Shown here one piece after another: positions 1 to 8,470 of a stretch of DNA of 53,972 bases. The notes beneath the pieces were generated by a model that was not told the origin of the DNA, did not search any database, and saw nothing but the letters and a program-made list of their open reading frames with translations. The translations under genes and the position numbers were made by a program. Each line of letters begins with the position of its first letter. The stretch's first letter is position 1. The stretch covers positions 1-53,972 of the forward strand of contig JAFTUP010000199.1 in assembly GCA_017466205.1 (NCBI GenBank), written 5' to 3'. The stretch is from Clostridia bacterium. GTDB taxonomy: Bacteria > Bacillota > Clostridia > Oscillospirales > Acutalibacteraceae.

Positions 1-133
1 AATACAAATAATCATCAGCGTATAAAGGTGTGTAATAATTCAAGATATAGAACAAAAAACCAATAAAAAAAGTAACTATAACAATAATATAAGGTTGTTT
101 ATAATTCTTTTTATTTTCTGCTGAATTGACCAT
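1..133 (-). CDS. N-terminal part of a membrane protein gene running off the left edge (possibly DUF6056-like glycan-locus membrane protein)
   Basis: ATG at 133-131 (minus). It reads MVNSAENKKNYKQPYIIVIVTFFIGFLFYILNYYTPLYADDYLY with no stop to position 1 and has one clear TM helix. It is below the ORF-track length cutoff. The family guess comes only from the TM-then-YADDY pattern. Confidence 0.45.
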   Translation of the reverse strand, partial: MVNSAENKKNYKQPYIIVIVTFFIGFLFYILNYYTPLYADDYLY

Positions 134-188
134 TATTCTCACTTCTTAAAAATCCAAATTTCTATTGATATAAGCTATACTCAAATGA

Positions 189-238
189 ATTATGCCATAA
201 ATTCTGCCAAAAGTCAATGGCAGAATTTATGGCATAAT
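189..238. promoter_or_regulatory. Perfect 20-nt inverted repeat (10-nt spacer) in the divergent intergenic region upstream of the XRE gene; candidate operator
   Basis: 189-208 attatgccataaattctgcc is the exact reverse complement of 219-238 ggcagaatttatggcataat; the spacer is aaaagtcaat. It lies between two divergently oriented starts (133 minus, 260 plus), so it is not a terminator. Confidence 0.5.
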
Positions 239-259
239 ATAATATAGACGGTGATTGTA

Positions 260-478
260 ATGGTTTACAAAAGATTACGTGATTTACGTGAAGATAAAGA
301 CTGGACACAGCAACAAATTGCAGATATGCTGTTTATTAACAGGCGGACATATTCCGCTTATGAAAACGGTGTCAATTCAATGACACCGGAAACTCTTATA
401 AAAATCGCTAAAATCCACAATGTAAGTGTTGATTACATTCTTGAATTAACAGACAACCCTATACCATACGAAAAATGA
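260..478 (+). CDS. XRE-family helix-turn-helix transcriptional regulator (72 aa from the ATG at 260; the ORF track starts at GTG 251)
   Basis: LRDLREDKDWTQQQIADMLFINRRTYSAYENGVNSMTPETLIKIAKIHNVSVDYIL is a textbook Cro/C1-type HTH. GGTGA lies 5 nt before the ATG at 260. Confidence 0.9.
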   Translation: MVYKRLRDLREDKDWTQQQIADMLFINRRTYSAYENGVNSMTPETLIKIAKIHNVSVDYILELTDNPIPYEK

Positions 479-515
479 TGTGTCATTCAAAACAACAGAA
501 CGACACATCATTTTT
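475..515. terminator. Bidirectional hairpin between the convergent XRE and acyltransferase genes
   Basis: atgatgtgtc (475-484) pairs with gacacatcat (502-511), followed by a T-run at 511-515. Confidence 0.55.
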
Positions 516-1746
516 ACTTATTTTCTTTTCCTTTAAGATATCTTACAGCTACTATGTATTTTGTTGCGGAACGTGGATAAGGACTTTTGATTTCATAATA
601 ATGGTCTTCCGTAACTATCAGCAAATTCATTCTTGAAATGTAGCAAATCTTTTTGATTTTTTCAATAGGAACGACAGTCTTTTCATTATCAGTTATTGCT
701 ATGCAGTTTCCAAAAAGCTCTAACTTTGCATCAGTACTTCTGACAACGATTTTATCATTTTCCAGATATGAAACAGTTTGCTTTTCATCACTGAAAAGCA
801 GCTCTGCTGTGCCTTTCTTTTCATCCGTAAGTTTCTTGATAAGATTTTTTTGGAATTTATCCCAATCAACAATATTATCAAAAGGCAAATCTTTTCCGTG
901 CCAGAATCCGTATTCATCAATTTTTGCAGAAAAACCACAATTGCAGGAGATTTTGTCATCACAACTTTTGAGCGTTCCGATTTTTTGACATTTCGGACAA
1001 CCATAAAGTGTTGTTTCAGCACACTCAGCCGGTTTTTCACCTTTATATTTATGCGGCTCCTTGCGTTGTTCATCATAAACATTTACATAAAGGTCTTTGA
1101 GAATACATTCATAAAGCTCATCAACAGACATATTTTTTATCTGTTCCTTTGAATATATGTTTGCAACCTTGCCAAATGTAGGACCTTTTCTGCTTTTTAT
1201 TGCCCAACGCGGTGTTTTCACATATCCGCCTGACAGACGATATGTTATCAACGGACACCCACATTCCTTTGCAAGAACAGCATTTCTTTTTGAAATGTAT
1301 GCGGTTTCACCATTGGTATTTTTGCCACCCTCAATGTGGACTGCGACGTTTACACCTGCTTTTATATTATTTACTATTTCATTATATAAAATATCTGTAC
1401 TTTTTTCTCTGTTGTTTACAATAGGAGCAACAAAGAATTCAAGCACACATCTTACAACCTTATTTCTCGCAAGGTGATCACTTATAACATTTCTTATATA
1501 AGTGTTAAAACAGATGAACTCATAAAATGGGTCGAGATTTTCAACATGGTTTGCAAAGAGCAAGAACGGTTCTTCCTTAATCTTAATTTTTTCACCACGA
1601 AAATTAAGGAGATGCTTTATAGGAAGTGTCAAATTAAATCTGCCGACAAAGAAAAAGAATTTCAAGCGTGAAAGACCTTTTCTGTATTTTTTCATTTCGT
1701 TTTTATTCATATTTTCACCATATTTTTTGCAAACAAATGCAACCAC
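514..1746 (-). CDS. PlsC/LPLAT-family acyltransferase with a C-terminal Cys4 zinc-ribbon and an extra domain
   Basis: Acyltransferase motifs NHVENLDP (HX4D) and HIEGGK are present. CPKCQ...CNCG forms a zinc ribbon. The ORF-track start is a GTG; ATG at 1710 (MNKNEMKK, GGTGA upstream) is an alternative start. Confidence 0.75.
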   Translation of the reverse strand: MVAFVCKKYGENMNKNEMKKYRKGLSRLKFFFFVGRFNLTLPIKHLLNFRGEKIKIKEEPFLLFANHVENLDPFYEFICFNTYIRNVISDHLARNKVVRCVLEFFVAPIVNNREKSTDILYNEIVNNIKAGVNVAVHIEGGKNTNGETAYISKRNAVLAKECGCPLITYRLSGGYVKTPRWAIKSRKGPTFGKVANIYSKEQIKNMSVDELYECILKDLYVNVYDEQRKEPHKYKGEKPAECAETTLYGCPKCQKIGTLKSCDDKISCNCGFSAKIDEYGFWHGKDLPFDNIVDWDKFQKNLIKKLTDEKKGTAELLFSDEKQTVSYLENDKIVVRSTDAKLELFGNCIAITDNEKTVVPIEKIKKICYISRMNLLIVTEDHYYEIKSPYPRSATKYIVAVRYLKGKENK

Positions 1747-2909
1747 TACAATCCGATTTCGGATATAAAATCATCGTACTCACTAACCAAATTCATATCT
1801 GTATCCGAAACTTTCTTTATATACTTAAGCTTTTGTGGTATTTCTTTTATGTTCACAAAGCCTCTTGCAACCCACGCCACAGGCAAAAGATATTTTCTAC
1901 CCTTAATGAACTTATAGCGTTCTTCTATTTTTTGTGCACTTGGAAACAACGTGTCCTTTAAAACGCTTCCTTTGGAGCCTGATTCATCATTTCTTATGGA
2001 TATTATTGATTTATCTCTTGCTTTGCCGAATAAATCAGCACTAAAAGTATATTTTTTCAAAACCTCTGTACTACCTGCTTTTATATCATTTATTTCAAAA
2101 GGTAGCTCTATTTGAAACCAGTCACTACAGGCAACAATAACCGTTTTGAAAAACTGCTCCAATTGCAGATTTTTGAAATCTTCATTTATTTTTTCAAAGT
2201 TCAGAACATCACTATTCGCCTTAATAAACAATGCAATATCCATATACATTCTTATTCCGGCACCACCCTTATATAAATGCTTTGCCAGATGACAAAAAAG
2301 ATATATAAGGTGAATATCCTTCTGTGGTGATAATCGTTCACCGACCTCCTTTTCGGCCGTGTCCAAAGCACCGGAAAAGAACGAAACTACTTGTTCACCT
2401 TTACCCAAATCGGAATCCATAAGCTCCGTGTGAACCTCACACCTGCTTATATCATTATAATAGCTATAGGTCGGCTCCCAATTTTCTTTTACATTATAGC
2501 CGCTTTGGGTAAATATTTTGTCTGCTTTTTTTCTGTCCTGTTTGCTTATAAGAATATCTATATCACCAAAAGTACGAAGCTCCGGAACAGGATAAAGTGT
2601 ACGCAGATACCATCCCTTTACAGGCATGTGAGGAATATTATTATCGCTCAGCTTTTGCGACATAATTTCAAACATAGCAACTTTTTTAAAATTTTCCGCA
2701 ACAGTCTGATAATAGCAATCCGTAAGCTTTCTTTTAAGCTTCTCATCTTTTATTATATCCCATTTTTTATCCATATAGGCTAAAATGGGCAAGATGTTTT
2801 GAAAATAAAAGGTATAGAAAACCTTAATTTCCTGCACATCATGGTTTAAACAAGGCTTTCTGTTGTGTATAAATGCAGAAAGAATCTCCAATATAATATT
2901 TTCTGACAT
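1746..2909 (-). CDS. Uncharacterised nucleotidyltransferase family protein (NTP_transf_5-like)
   Basis: 387 aa. The RTFGDIDILI motif and overall pattern are typical of the PF14907-type family. Its stop overlaps the downstream start by 1 nt. Confidence 0.7.
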   Translation of the reverse strand: MSENIILEILSAFIHNRKPCLNHDVQEIKVFYTFYFQNILPILAYMDKKWDIIKDEKLKRKLTDCYYQTVAENFKKVAMFEIMSQKLSDNNIPHMPVKGWYLRTLYPVPELRTFGDIDILISKQDRKKADKIFTQSGYNVKENWEPTYSYYNDISRCEVHTELMDSDLGKGEQVVSFFSGALDTAEKEVGERLSPQKDIHLIYLFCHLAKHLYKGGAGIRMYMDIALFIKANSDVLNFEKINEDFKNLQLEQFFKTVIVACSDWFQIELPFEINDIKAGSTEVLKKYTFSADLFGKARDKSIISIRNDESGSKGSVLKDTLFPSAQKIEERYKFIKGRKYLLPVAWVARGFVNIKEIPQKLKYIKKVSDTDMNLVSEYDDFISEIGL

Positions 2910-2935
2910 TTACAATCACCTCTTTTACTTTTCTG

Positions 2936-3214
2936 TTAGGGTGACAGAAATAATCCAAACCTGTTTTTTACAGGCTGATTTCCGTCAATCCATCGTTAAA
3001 ATACTCGCAAATCCACAAAGGATTTGCTGCGTTTTGTGCCTTGTCTTTCCAAAAATCCTCACTGTAAAAAATCTTCGACCTTAAAACTAGATATTTTTAT
3101 TTGGATTTTTGGTATTGAGGGTGAAGGAAGGCTGTCGCCTTTCAAATCCGAAATACCGAAAAGGCTTAAAAATAGCCGTTTTAAGGCAAGTTCGGATTAT
3201 TACTGTCACCCTAA
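2936..3214. repeat. MITE-like intergenic element bounded by 21-nt terminal inverted repeats
   Basis: 2936-2956 ttagggtgacagaaataatcc versus the reverse complement of 3194-3214 (ttagggtgacagtaataatcc) gives 20/21 matches. It encloses about 240 bp with internal hairpins (gcaaatcc-acaaa-ggatttgc at 3007-3027). The right arm overlaps the stop of the 3206-4081 gene. Confidence 0.5.
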
Positions 3215-4081
3215 ATTCAATACACATATTTCAGGCAAATTAAAAACCCTTGGAATAAACTTGTAACCGGATAATCCGGATGTAATAACCATCTTCATAT
3301 TTTCCCCGAGCATATAAAATCCGTAATCATATTCAGGGAATATTCCTTGCATTGGTGAATACACGCCACCCACAAAGGGAAGCCTTACAACTCCGCCATG
3401 GGTATGACCACTCACCACAAGGTCAATATTGCTCCAATACTGGTGTGCACCGTTAAAGATAAATGTATCCGGCATATGGGCTAAAACAACTGTAGGTAAG
3501 GATGTTTTTTCCATATCCTTTAAAAAGATATATTCATTTGAGTTTTCAAACTCTTCTTTCGTTCTTCCAAAAGGAAATGCGTGACCCATTGTTCCGCCTA
3601 CACGGATTATTTGCCCACCTATTTCGCAATCCACAAAGGAATCGTCTAAAACCACAACTCCATTTTCAGTAATCGTTTCTACAAATCTGTTAATTATATC
3701 ACTGTTGTATTCTTTTTCTTGATTACCATACGAAAAATACACAGGTGCAATATCCAGAAGTCCGCTGAGTAACTTTACAGTTTTAGAAAAACCATTCTTC
3801 GCATCGCCATCATCAAGCATATCACCAACAACAAAAATCGAATCAGGCCTTTGCTCACTTATTTTAGCTAACAGTCGTGTGTTATCTCTGCCATATTCTT
3901 TACCATGAAGGTCAGAAATAACAACAACTCTCACACTACCAGACAATTCTGAAAGGTTGATGGTGTACTCAGAAACCTTAATACAAGCATTGCTTATTAT
4001 AGTAGCCGTAATTGTTATAACAAGTACAAAAGCTAATATTATAACCACAGTTTTTTTCAATTTATTTCGTTTAAAGTTCAT
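3206..4081 (-). CDS. Membrane-anchored metallophosphoesterase (calcineurin-like)
   Basis: N-terminal TM helix. Motifs SDLHG, GDMLDD, GNQE and SGHTHGG are present. Confidence 0.85.
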   Translation of the reverse strand: MNFKRNKLKKTVVIILAFVLVITITATIISNACIKVSEYTINLSELSGSVRVVVISDLHGKEYGRDNTRLLAKISEQRPDSIFVVGDMLDDGDAKNGFSKTVKLLSGLLDIAPVYFSYGNQEKEYNSDIINRFVETITENGVVVLDDSFVDCEIGGQIIRVGGTMGHAFPFGRTKEEFENSNEYIFLKDMEKTSLPTVVLAHMPDTFIFNGAHQYWSNIDLVVSGHTHGGVVRLPFVGGVYSPMQGIFPEYDYGFYMLGENMKMVITSGLSGYKFIPRVFNLPEICVLNLG

Positions 4082-4848
4082 TTTTTAAAAATTGCTCTTT
4101 TTATATTGTCTACAGTTGAGTCGCCGATAATTTTTCTTAACAACAATTTTGGGAACTGCTTCACTCTTTCTCTTCTGTACTTATCCCAACGCTTCAATGT
4201 TTTTTGTCGTTCTTCCTCTGTGTTCCACGTGGCATCAAAATGATGTATAGAAAAACTGTTATGCGTTTTTTCAATTGTTCCGGTGTGGGAATTTTTTGCA
4301 CAAAAATATTCCGGTGGATAGATTATTACATCAGCGACATTGTTTATTGTGTTTGGATTAATCTCCTCACTGTATTTTTCAAATGCTTGTGTAGTAATAA
4401 GCGGACAAGTCAATATCGGTTTTGTAGGATCCCATTGTTCATAGTAATCCATATTTTCTTTTATAAAGCAGTGCTCTTTTTCGGCACCAAATCCAAGACC
4501 GGTATTAACATATCCCGTACTTTCAAGCCCCATAAAGGCACGATTGTTTAAGAGTGGATTTATATTTTTCAAAAGTTCCACATCTGTATCAAAATACACT
4601 CCACCGTTGTCATATATTATTTTTAATCTGACATAATCTGTTAAAAAAGCCCACTTTTTCTGCTCATACATTGCCTTACAGTAAGTGTTACAATTAACAT
4701 CAAAATTGCTTTCGTTCCACTCAATTATTTCGTAATCCGGACAATATTTCTTCCAACTTTTAATACATTTTTCAGCTGATTTGGGTAGTGGATTGCCTCC
4801 AAACCAGCAGTAATGAATAATTTTAGGTATCATAATTGAACACTTCAC
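4078..4848 (-). CDS. GT32-type glycosyltransferase (DXD sugar-binding region; capsular polysaccharide synthesis protein-like)
   Basis: IPKIIHYCWFGGNPLP and TDYVRLKIIYDNGGVYFDTDVE are present. There is a 4-nt overlap with the downstream gene. Confidence 0.8.
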   Translation of the reverse strand: MKCSIMIPKIIHYCWFGGNPLPKSAEKCIKSWKKYCPDYEIIEWNESNFDVNCNTYCKAMYEQKKWAFLTDYVRLKIIYDNGGVYFDTDVELLKNINPLLNNRAFMGLESTGYVNTGLGFGAEKEHCFIKENMDYYEQWDPTKPILTCPLITTQAFEKYSEEINPNTINNVADVIIYPPEYFCAKNSHTGTIEKTHNSFSIHHFDATWNTEEERQKTLKRWDKYRRERVKQFPKLLLRKIIGDSTVDNIKRAIFKK

Positions 4849-4857
4849 CTATACTAA

Positions 4858-7149
4858 CTAACATTTAAAAATCATCATTTTTATTATGTATTTAATATGT
4901 TCCTTTGGGGACATAACAACATTTTCTAAAGGAACAGCATATTTTTCACAAATAGCTGACATTTTAGTTTTTTTATTTTGTAATTTTTCAATCAATTCAT
5001 CATAAAAAACGGGTAAAGGCAAATTTGACATTTGCTGATATTGTATATAGTCATCTATAGGCTGCTCTTGTAAAAAACATGTTTTCTGTTTTTTTAGTTC
5101 CTCAATAATACTTTCCCCATTTGGGGTTGCACATAAAACCATACTTACTCCTGTAGTATCATCAGAAAACTTTGGACCCCAATAATCACCAAGCCTAATA
5201 TCAGCGTAAGTGAATTTTCTGTATCTACACTCATAGCATGACTTCATATAACAATTTCCAACTTCGAACATTCTAAAATAATCATCTTTTTCCTTTGGAA
5301 TACAGCATGATTTTTCACCATCAGATGAACAAATATGAATATGTCTCCATCCCATAGGCTTATATCTAAAAACAACACTTGTCTTATGTGGATTTAGTCC
5401 ATATTCCATATTCAATTTTTGTTTATATTTATCATACAAATGATAAGATGGTACACCATGACAAATCAAATCAATATATAATATATCATTTCTATCTGAA
5501 AAAAGCTTTTGTGCGCCGGCTATCTGACATGGTGTGCCAAAAATAGCAACAGGATTGTTACATGTTCGAATTTGCTCTAAAACGCCGGAAAAATCGCTCT
5601 GCATATACTTTGAATTTTGAAAAAGACATAAATCCTCTTCATTTTCCACTAAAACATGTTCAGCTTTCTGAGTTTCAGAATTAAAGGTGCATCCGGCAAT
5701 GGCAAAGCCCTTATTTATAAGTAGGCTACTAATTCTGTGTGCTGCACCACCACTAGATGATTTCAGTAAAACCGCAGCATCGTTATCCTTATAAGAAAAC
5801 AAGCGACAATCCTTTGTGTCTGTTGCTTCCTTGCGTTGTTGTACAGGGCAAACTGAAATGCACTTTCCACAGTTCACACATAATGTATCATCCACAAATG
5901 ATTGATAAAAACCATTCTCGTTCATTTTTATATTTATAGCTGAAACGGGACAAACTTCTCTGCATGCACCACAACCGCAACACAAAGAATTGTTTGTGTA
6001 TATATTACCATTCGAAACATGATTTTTCGTACTTGCATCATCAAATGAGATTATAGACGACTTCAAAAAATCGACAGATAAATCTCGTAATGTCTTTAAT
6101 TTGAGCTCAACCAAATTATAGTCTATATGATGGTTAAGCTGTGGCAATATATCTTTGTCATTGTATAGATTCTGCGTTAAATCAAGTGATTTTAAAAGAT
6201 GTAAAACGCGTGAATTTTGATTTTGGGGGTCATTTTTTTTAAATCTCTTGAATGCCGTAAATTGTTTTTTGAAATTTACAGAAAAAGCTATTCCATGAAA
6301 TGAATCAGTACAAACATACGAACCATTATATATTAGCTCTAAAAATTCCTGAGGTCCTATGGCAGAATCAATACAACCCTTTCTTTTTAAATCTTCATCA
6401 TACACAGGAATTACTTTAACTTCAAGATTCATTTGTTCCGAAAGTCTGTATATTTCATCCCAATGTTTAGCTTCTTGACCTAACATATATGCAATCAAGT
6501 ATGGTTGTGTATGTTTTTTCTTCAAATCAAATGAGTTCTGCCACTCCTCATCAGTTAATAATAAGGTGGGGTCAAGAACAACCGAAGCTTTTTTTGATGT
6601 TAACTTTTCGATTATTGCTTTCCCTGCACCTTCTCTAACAGAAATACATTTAAAATCTGATAAATATTTTTTTATTTGTTTTTCTATATAAAAATCCTCA
6701 ATCTCGTTAACACCAAAACTCGGTGCATACGAAATCTTCTTATCGGGATTTCTAACAAAATCTAAAAAGTAGTGCGGATTAAAACAAAGGGGAGACCAAA
6801 CTTGATCACTTCCGCAAATAAAACCATCAAATTCAGTATTAAGTGCTTCCAGGTCAGATAAATCTTCACATTTAGATGTAAACTTTAAGTTTTTATTTAA
6901 AAAACTATCAAAACGAGTTTCCTTTTCTATACTATTAAAATAATTTAAACCGACATGTTCTTTTTTCTTAAATCTTTTTAATATTTTTGAAAATCTATAA
7001 TCGGGAACAGAACGAAAATGGCCACATGGAATATAATTGACGATAAAAGGGTCAGTACCAAGCATGCGGAGTTTTGCCGTTAACGCAACTGCCTGTAAAA
7101 CTGTACCATAATTACGATAATGAAACCACGTCATAATACCAAGTTTCAT
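4858..7149 (-). CDS. Fusion protein: polysaccharide pyruvyl transferase (N-terminal) + 2x[4Fe-4S] ferredoxin + FrhB/F420-dehydrogenase-beta-like domain (C-terminal)
   Basis: The N-terminus MKLGIMTWFHYRNYGTVLQAVAL is pyruvyl-transferase-like. The middle carries CCGCGACREVCP and CVNCGKCISVCP. The C-terminal half resembles the FrhB/FdhB N+C domains. Confidence 0.7.
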   Translation of the reverse strand: MKLGIMTWFHYRNYGTVLQAVALTAKLRMLGTDPFIVNYIPCGHFRSVPDYRFSKILKRFKKKEHVGLNYFNSIEKETRFDSFLNKNLKFTSKCEDLSDLEALNTEFDGFICGSDQVWSPLCFNPHYFLDFVRNPDKKISYAPSFGVNEIEDFYIEKQIKKYLSDFKCISVREGAGKAIIEKLTSKKASVVLDPTLLLTDEEWQNSFDLKKKHTQPYLIAYMLGQEAKHWDEIYRLSEQMNLEVKVIPVYDEDLKRKGCIDSAIGPQEFLELIYNGSYVCTDSFHGIAFSVNFKKQFTAFKRFKKNDPQNQNSRVLHLLKSLDLTQNLYNDKDILPQLNHHIDYNLVELKLKTLRDLSVDFLKSSIISFDDASTKNHVSNGNIYTNNSLCCGCGACREVCPVSAINIKMNENGFYQSFVDDTLCVNCGKCISVCPVQQRKEATDTKDCRLFSYKDNDAAVLLKSSSGGAAHRISSLLINKGFAIAGCTFNSETQKAEHVLVENEEDLCLFQNSKYMQSDFSGVLEQIRTCNNPVAIFGTPCQIAGAQKLFSDRNDILYIDLICHGVPSYHLYDKYKQKLNMEYGLNPHKTSVVFRYKPMGWRHIHICSSDGEKSCCIPKEKDDYFRMFEVGNCYMKSCYECRYRKFTYADIRLGDYWGPKFSDDTTGVSMVLCATPNGESIIEELKKQKTCFLQEQPIDDYIQYQQMSNLPLPVFYDELIEKLQNKKTKMSAICEKYAVPLENVVMSPKEHIKYIIKMMIFKC

Positions 7150-7174
7150 CGCTTCAGTTCTCCTCCTTTTAATA

Positions 7175-8461
7175 TCAACTATCTATATTCTCTATTTGAA
7201 TAACTTCTGCTTTAGGCAATCTAACTTTTCCCCAAATATTGGACCGCCATGCAAGCTCACCGGGTTTTACATTTTCTTTAACAGAAAAATCTAGACCTTT
7301 AACATATTCAACATCAACATTTGTTCCGAACTCATTGGCAATAAACATTACATAATAACACTGATAGTCGCCAGGGGCTAACGCAGATATATTTATTAAA
7401 AAATCCGCCTGTGAAACATCGCCTGCTTTTCCTGAATAAAAATTATAGGCAAAGCTTGCACATATTCTAGTATCATCAGAAGAATAAACAACGAATCGGG
7501 CATTAAGATTATTAATATCACAATTATTTTTCCACTTCAAACGTATTTTAAGTGGTTCTCCATTTTCAAATGAACAATTCTGCTTATCAACATATTCAGC
7601 GGATATAAGTTTAATATCATTTTTTGTAATCCAGGGTGGCGTTTCAATATCTTCGTAGTTTTTGCTTGTGTTATAATCCATATTGTGTTCTATATATAAT
7701 TGAATTGCCTTTTCAACGTCACCATCAAAAATGATTTTACCATGGTCAAGAACAATACAGCGACTGCAAAGCTGACGAATTGTATTCATATTGTGGCTAA
7801 CATAAAGAACTGTTCTACTTTCTCTAGAAGCCGCATCTTTCATTTTCCCAAGGCATTTTTGCTGAAATTTCATATCACCTACAGCTAAAACCTCATCCAT
7901 AATAAGAATTTCACTGTCAAGGTGAGCAGCCACCGCAAACGCAAGCTTTACATACATGCCTGACGAATATCTCTTAACAGGCGTATCTATAAATTTTTCC
8001 ATTTCAGCAAAGGCTACAATTTCATCAAATTTTTTGGCAATCTCTTCTTTGGTCATACCAAGAATTGCGCCGTTCATATAAACATTTTCGCGACCTGTAA
8101 GTTCCGGATGAAAGCCTGTGCCTACCTCAAGCATAGACGCAATTCTTCCGTTAAAGGAAATTGTCCCCTTTGTAGGAGCAGTAACGCGAGAAAGAAGTTT
8201 TAAAAGAGTGGACTTACCCGCACCATTGTGACCAATTATACCTACAGCCTCACCTTTATTAACTTGTAAAGAAATATCATCAAGTGCCAAAAATTTTTCG
8301 TTAAGCTTAACATTTTTAGTTCCGATTTTTGTTGTAGGGTCCTCTTTTTTGAGAAGCTTTGCCCAAAGCCTTTGCAAATCATCTCTCAAGGTTGTTCCGC
8401 CAATTGCTCCCAGACGATATTCCTTTGAGACATTTTCAATTTTTACAGCAACTTCATTCAT
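7175..8461 (-). CDS. Polysaccharide/teichoic-acid export ABC ATPase (Wzt/TagH-like) with an extra C-terminal domain
   Basis: Walker A GHNGAGKST, signature YSSGM, Walker B ILIMDE. About 180 aa follow the NBD, beta-rich, as in Wzt C-terminal glycan-terminus-binding domains. Confidence 0.85.
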   Translation of the reverse strand: MNEVAVKIENVSKEYRLGAIGGTTLRDDLQRLWAKLLKKEDPTTKIGTKNVKLNEKFLALDDISLQVNKGEAVGIIGHNGAGKSTLLKLLSRVTAPTKGTISFNGRIASMLEVGTGFHPELTGRENVYMNGAILGMTKEEIAKKFDEIVAFAEMEKFIDTPVKRYSSGMYVKLAFAVAAHLDSEILIMDEVLAVGDMKFQQKCLGKMKDAASRESRTVLYVSHNMNTIRQLCSRCIVLDHGKIIFDGDVEKAIQLYIEHNMDYNTSKNYEDIETPPWITKNDIKLISAEYVDKQNCSFENGEPLKIRLKWKNNCDINNLNARFVVYSSDDTRICASFAYNFYSGKAGDVSQADFLINISALAPGDYQCYYVMFIANEFGTNVDVEYVKGLDFSVKENVKPGELAWRSNIWGKVRLPKAEVIQIENIDS

Positions 8462-8470
8462 AACTAAACC

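Noticed and set aside
1746-2909. NTP_transf_5 nucleotidyltransferase as a fourth member of the HprK-like/PqqD/rSAM cassette. This family often neighbours HprK-like and PqqD genes in lasso-type clusters.
   Set aside because: It lies about 29 kb away, at the far end of a different operon array, and is translationally coupled to an acyltransferase. A functional link cannot be supported from this window.
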